64,000 bases of DNA, from the NCBI RefSeq assembly GCF_009914755.1, contig NC_060928.1. One strand, 5' to 3'. The stretch's first letter is position 1; each line of letters starts with the position of its first letter. The DNA comes from the human T2T-CHM13v2.0 reference genome, Homo sapiens. The notes under the pieces are model-generated. The model saw nothing but the letters and a program-made list of their open reading frames with translations. It was not told the origin of the DNA and ran no database searches. The position numbers were made by a program, and so were the translations under genes. Below, piece after piece: positions 56,032 through 64,000 of the stretch.

Positions 56032-57375
56032 CTGCAGAAAAAGGTACAGTGCTTTAAGAATTGTTATCCAAGAAAAGTTTAAAACTAAATACATTTGTCA
56101 TACCATGTAAGATTTCCTATCAAAAAATAAAAACAATTCTAACGTATAAGTTTTATAACACTATTACTTATAGTAAGGGATTCAAACTTCTGACAATACA
56201 ATTAAATGTGCTAACAATAGACTGTACACAAGGGAAAAATGCTTGGGAGGCTCATTTTTAAGAATGACTGGAAATTTTTGGTTCATATAAACCTTGGTAA
56301 GAAGATAATCACACACACTATATACGCATATAGCAATAACATCATGAAAAATAATATAAGCTATTCTTTAATTCTTGTAAATAGAATTCTTTAGACTTAT
56401 GCTACCCTATACGTTAAACAGCCATTAGCGCTGTAAATCATTTTTTTTAAAAAAACTAGGCACAAGAGTCAAATGCATAAAGAAGATAATAAAAACACAA
56501 AAGATGATAGACAATTATCTCAATAAACCTGTTATAAATTCTTCCGTTCTATATAGACCACTCAGTATTCTACCACTTTAAAAGGGTTTACATATCATGA
56601 TGAACTTAAGGGGAGAACCAAATGACTACAACTCAGAAAATAAAATACTTTCAGAAAAATAGAAAATGTTAGCTTAGAAAAGGCACTATTGTTTATTTTT
56701 ATTTTTATTTTTTTTTTGAGACAGGGTCTCACTCTGACATCCAGGCTGGAGCGCAGTGGTCCGATCACGGCTCAGTGCAGCCTCGACCTTTGAGGCCCAA
56801 GTGATCCTCCTGCCTCAGCCTCTTGAGTAGCCAGGACTACAGGTATGCACCACCATGCCCACCTAATTTTTTTATTTTTGTAGAGACAGGGTCTCCCTAT
56901 GTTGCCCAGGCTGGTCTTGAACTTCCCGCCTCCAACTCGCAAAGCAATCCTCCTGCCGCGGGAGGGAGGAATTCTCCCACCTTGGCCTCCCAAAATATTG
57001 GGATTAGTGGCATGAGCCACCGCACTCAGCCAGATTACTTTTTTTCATATGTGGTAGGCTAAGCCAGGCGAAGTGGCCCATGCCTGTAATCTCAGCTACT
57101 CAGCAGTCTAGAGTAGAAGGATCCCTTGAGCCCAGGAGTTGGAGGCTGTAACACACTATGACTGTACCTGTGAAAAGCCACTGCACTCCAGTCTGGGCAA
57201 CATAGGAAGATTCTATCTCTAATCTTCCTATTTAATGGCTTTTATTAAATTTTAGGAAATAAATTTAAACAAATATAGATAAGTGGTAGAACAATTTAAT
57301 AAGGAAAACTATGACCTTTTGTTCCCTAAAGATATTTATTTATTTATTTTATTTTATTTATTTATTTACTTTTGA

Positions 57376-57576
<201 letters not shown>

Positions 57577-58691
57577 TGATCTCTTAACTCCTGACCTCAG
57601 GTGAGCTGCCTGCCTTGGCCTCCCAAAGTGCTGGGATTGTTGGTGTGAGCCACCGTGCCTGGTAATTCCCTAAAGATATTTAAAGTGAAAATATTTAGGT
57701 GCGTTTTTCTTTATGAAAAAAATAAGAAATAATATGCAAAAGTATAATGATACATAATATTTAAAGTTCTAGCCGTTAAAATATCTTTCATTTTAGGTAC
57801 TCTGGTTTTCATTTTCTTCCTGTATTACCTTTAGCTTCATTTGTCATCTCTACTAAAATAGAAAATAATAATTTCATGTTACATAAAATTTTAATTTTCA
57901 AAAAAGCAATGAAAACTCAATTTTAATGTTAAATGTGTAGTGGTTTGAAAGCAAAACTTTTTTTTTTTTTTTTTTCTGAGACAGGGTCTGGCTCTGTCAC
58001 CCAGGCCAGAATACAGTGGCATAATCTTGGCTCACTGTAACCTCAAACTCCTTTGCTCAAGAAATCCTCCCAACTCAGGCTCCCAAGCAGCTGGGACTAC
58101 AGGGAGTAGCACCACCATACCCAGATAACTTTTTAAATTTTTTTGTAGAGACGAGGTCTTATATCGTTACCCAGGCTGGTCTTGAACTCTTGGGCTCAAG
58201 CAATCCTCCCAACTTGGCCTCCCAAAGCGCTGGGATTACAGGCACGTGAGTCACAGCACTGGGCCTGATAGCAAGACTCTTTAAAGAGTTTTCAAAATAT
58301 CTGGAGAAAAGAGAGTACTTTTCAAAACTCAACATAGTATGCTGAGTAGACCTAATCACTACTAATATCCTTCTTTTGAGAATTTTGACTAAAAAGACTA
58401 AATGCCAAGAAATTAAGAATTTTGATACATGAAAATATCTTTTTAGTAGAGAAGACGTTGCTCCAGAATTGTGCCAATTCCAATGACTACCAGCATGGAA
58501 AGAATTTTTAGTGTAATGGGTAATAATTTCATGTAATATTATTTTCAAAATAGCAATGAAAATATGGCACTAAACCAGTAAAAAGTAAAATTTGTATTTC
58601 TTTTCTTCTTATATTCCTTTAAAAATATATTTTAGGAGAGCATTTTCAAAAAGTAGAAATTCGTAAAAACTGGGCTGGGCATGGTGGCTCA

Positions 58692-58997
<306 letters not shown>

Positions 58998-59318
58998 CTA
59001 GACAATCTAGTAGGGGAGTTAAGTAAACTCTCTGTAAATACAGTGTTAGGACACTCCATATTAAGGGCTAATGATAAAGGGAAACGGGAGTATACAGGAA
59101 AAGCTTCTGACCCAAATTGTTGTGAGGGACAGTGAGAGAAGCCTTTCCAGGCCAGGTGCAGTGGCTCACATCTGTAACCCCAGCAACTGGGGAGGCTGAG
59201 GCAGGATCACCTGAGGTCAGGCGTTCGAGATCAGCCTAGCCAACATGCCGAAAACCCACTTCTACTAAAATTATAAAAATTAGCCAGGAATGGTGGCGGG
59301 TGCCTGTAATCCCAGCTA

Positions 59319-59825
<507 letters not shown>

Positions 59826-59901
59826 CTAATAAATTGTTGGCTATACATCTAATATGGGACAAAGTTCAGAATCTAGGATAAAACACACATATGCACGTGT
59901 G

Positions 59902-59903
<2 letters not shown>

Positions 59904-59942
<39 letters not shown>
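59904..59942. repeat. (CA)n microsatellite, about 19-20 units
   Basis: Directly visible. Confidence 0.95.
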
Positions 59943-59945
<3 letters not shown>

Positions 59946-60075
59946 CTCCAACCTCATAGAAAAACCAACAAGGGATAAACTGATAAGGAAGAATACACAA
60001 AAGAATTTAAGAATAAGTCATTAGAGTTAAGAGGAAAGCCAGGATAGAGAAATGTCACAGAAGCTAAGAGGTGGT

Positions 60076-61010
60076 GCCATGGTTTGAATGTGTCCCCCAA
60101 ATTTCATTTTTTGGAAATTAATATTTAAATTAATATTATTAAAATATTGAAAGGTAGGACCTTTAAGAAGTGACTGTGTTACATTAGGTAGCTAGTTGGG
60201 TATGAACAGGGCAGGAGAGGTCTCCCCTGCCCCTCACATGGGGAGTGTGGAGAGACTGTTAGGTGATGGTCAGGCGGTTGTTAACGCTCTCTAAAGTAAT
60301 TATTGGTCACAGCTAGTGCTAGGAAAAGGCAGCCTCCTAATAAATAGAAAACACCTGGTAATTAGCAGCTTCCTGATACGATCTCAGGGGTGGGGTGAGT
60401 GGGGAGAAGTAATGCAAGACCCCAAAATTATGCCAGTGTATGAAATCCCAAGTCAAAAGGTCAAACCGCAGGCTTGTCTTTCAAGTTGCCCACTTGGCCC
60501 TCTTCCAAGTGTACTTTCCTTCTTTTCCTTCCTTTCATTCTTGCTCTAAAGCTTTTTAATAAATTTTAACTCCTGCTCTACAACTTGCCTCAGTTTCTCC
60601 TTCTGCATTATGTCCTTTACTTGAATTATTTCTTTCAGGAGGCAAGAATTGAGGTTGCTGCAGACCTGTACAGACACAGATCTGCCAACTAACAATTGGA
60701 TCATGAAGGCTGTGCCCTCATGAATGAATCCATTTATGTATTAATGGGTTATCATGGAGTGGAACTGGTGGCTTTATAAGAGAAGGAAGAGAGACCTGAG
60801 CTAGCATGCTCAGCCCCTTCATCATGTGATGCCCTACACTGTCTTGGGACTCTTCGGAGAGTCCCCACCAGCAAGAAGGCCCTCACCAGATGTGGTCTCT
60901 CAAACTAGGACTTCTCAGCCTCTGTAACGGTAAGAAATAAATTCCTTTTTTAAAATAAATTATCTGGTTTAGGGTATTCTGTTATAAGCAACAGAAAACA
61001 GACTAATACA
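60076..61010 (+). mobile_element. MST-family MaLR LTR interrupted by an ERV1-class solo LTR (~60177-60693)
   Basis: MST termini tg.catggtttgaatgtgtcccc ... agcaacagaaaacagactaataca; the inner LTR runs tgtta...taaca with AATAAA at ~60558 and a 4-bp actg/attg flank. Confidence 0.75.
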
Positions 61011-61844
61011 GGTGGTTTCAGGAAGTAAGGAGAGGACAACAATGTCAAATCCTATCCAGGTGTCACCTAAAATAAGGACTGAAAAGTATTTCGTGATCAA
61101 CAATTAAGTAATTGGAAACCTTACAAGAGCAGTTTCAGGACAGCAGAAAAGTTAATCAGATAGCAGTAGGTTAAGGAGTAGGTTAGGAAATACAGAGGAA
61201 CTCTTTAAGAACCTTTACTAAAACATTGTTATAGATGAATTATGTAACCAACTTATATACTGATTTTTAGTTAAGTTTCTTCCTGGAGATTTAAGATAGA
61301 ACTGACAGGACCTGATGATCAACTGATGTTAAGCTACCTAACAAACTTACATATTCATGTCACCCCCTCTTCCCCTTCTAGTAATAACAGCATCAAAAAA
61401 TACATATGTTCTAGTCTTTACAATGTTACCTGATAGCCCAAATTAATTTTATGGGAAAAGCGTTAAATTATTCCACAAAAATATCATTTACACACTTTAG
61501 GAATTCAGACTATTACTAGTTTCCTTTTTATTAGGGAAGAGGTAATGATGGAATATGAATGTGGCTTCTGAGTAGGTGACCATACATCTACCTTTGCCTG
61601 GGACTATCTGGGTATGATCCTATTTTTCCTTACGTAGCAGTCTCTTCACTACAAAAGTGTTCTGGCTTGCACAATAAAGCATATGGTCACATTACTTATA
61701 AGCCTCTTTTAAGGAACTATTATCTCATTATTCTTGTAAAGATTAAACCATAGAATACCAAAGAGACTCTTTAGAAAATGCTTAACTACGTAAGAGTTAC
61801 TACTACTGTAGCTATAAGGGAAAAATAGATTGAAATGTACAAAC

Positions 61845-61888
61845 CTTTTGGAGATATGGCCATATGGACATCATCACTACAGAAAACC
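61845..61888 (-). CDS. MFSD8: MFSD8 coding exon (c.155-198, 44 nt); upstream exons lie beyond the window
   Basis: cacag|GGTTTT ... CAAAAG|gtttgt; GFSVVMMSIWPYLQK. Confidence 0.95.
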
Positions 61889-62511
61889 CTGTGAAGAAGC
61901 AAACTAGGTTATTTATACTTATAATAATTTAATCATTATTACAGATACAATTTTCTGAACCGTGGCATGGATTTTAAAATATTCTGAACCTAAAATCTAT
62001 GCATACAAATGCCTAATTTATGAGGCAATGAGATTTTAATTATCAGAAGAAAAATAAAGACTAAAAGAACATACAATTACAGTCCCTCATCATAATAACA
62101 AATACAAAAAAGCAGAGGATCTACTTCTCCATACTCATGTGCTTTTACTGTAAATGGAAATAACCAAAAGCTTTGTTAAGTTTTTATAGCAGAAATGAAT
62201 GGAGGAAAGGCTATTTTGTTAGACAGGAAGTGCTAGGCTTCTATCCTGTGTTGTTTGGAGGAGATAATTGACTGAAGGGAAGAGCAGGAATAAGGAAAAT
62301 GATCATCTACAGGGGGGCTATAGAAAACCAGAATACTTCAAGATGGCCATACCTTAAAAGAAAATTCACTATTTCTGCTAGCCTTTACTACATGAAAACT
62401 ATAATGATTAACTCCAACACTATCTGTCAATTTTAAATGTTAGGCAAATGCAGCCAGCAGTGACTTATGCCTGTAATCCCAGCACTTTGGGAGGCTGAGG
62501 CAGGCAGATTA

Positions 62512-62742
<231 letters not shown>

Positions 62743-63277
62743 TTAAAAATGAATAAATAAATGTTGGGCAAATCAAGAAATTCTATAAAGCCTGTTCTTC
62801 AAAATGGCTTTACTGAGGCTGGGCACAGTGTCTCACGCCTGTAATCCCAGAACTCTGGAAGGCCGAGGTGGGTGAATCACTTGAGGCCAGGAGTTTGAGA
62901 CCAGCCTGGCCAGCATGGAGAAACCCCTCTCTGCAAAAAAAAAATACAAAAATTAGCTGGGCATGGTAGCGCATGCCTGTAATCCCAGCCATTCAGGAGG
63001 CTGAGGCAGGAGAATTGCTTGAACACGGAGGCGGAGGTTGTAGTGAGCCAAGATTGCACCACTGCACTCCAGTCTAGGTGAGAGTGAGACTCTGTCTCAA
63101 AAAAAAAAAGGAAAAAAAAGAAAAAATAAATTTAAAAATAGCTGTTGAGATATATAATTCCCATATCATACAATTATGCATTTAAAGTATACAATTCAAT
63201 GGGTTTTAATATAATCACAATGGGTTTTAATATAATCACAGATATGTGCAACCATCATTACAGTCAATTTTATTTGA

Positions 63278-63448
<171 letters not shown>

Positions 63449-63725
63449 TAGTAGAGATGAGGTTTCACCATGTTGACCAGGCTGGTCTCGAACTCCTGAC
63501 CTCAGGTGATCTGCCTGCCTTGCCTCCCAAAGTGTTGGGATTACAGGCATTAGCCACTGCGCCCAGCCATTACTGTCAATTTTAGAACACATTTGTCACC
63601 TCAAAAAAAACTCTATACCCTTCAGCTATCACCCTGTTTCATCCCCTCTCCTGCCAGCTGTAAACAACCACTAATGTACTTTGTTTGTACTCTATAGAGT
63701 TTTATCTGTATTTTCATACAAATAG

Positions 63726-63998
<273 letters not shown>

Positions 63999-64000
63999 GA

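Overview
Human (primate) genomic DNA from the PLK4 / MFSD8 locus (4q28), with the two genes arranged tail to tail. The + strand carries the last ten coding exons of PLK4 (886-9567: end of the linker, cryptic polo box PB1-PB2 and PB3, ending ...PTPNFH*) plus its 3' UTR. The - strand carries ten coding exons of MFSD8/CLN7 (61888 down to the stop at 31656, ending ...YGRIQE*) and a ~2.8 kb 3' UTR. All exon boundaries are GT-AG and keep frame. The rest is mostly repeats: a near full-length degenerate L1PA element against the PLK4 3' end, a twin-primed 5'-inverted L1 in an MFSD8 intron, more than 45 Alus, LTRs, DNA transposon fossils and a U6 retropseudogene. The most interesting observations are: (1) a ~750 bp TSD-flanked, polyadenylated retrocopy inserted in an old L1M that carries a recognisable Ty3/Gypsy reverse-transcriptase fossil (20197-20971); (2) an intronic duplicate of the 56-nt MFSD8 exon (c.699-754) that keeps an identical 3' splice site but has lost its donor and gained a stop codon (49532-49752); (3) the milasen ASO target and cryptic acceptor in MFSD8 intron 6, here without the SVA insertion. 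Exon numbers, c. positions and repeat subfamily names are from recall or by eye and were not checked against databases.
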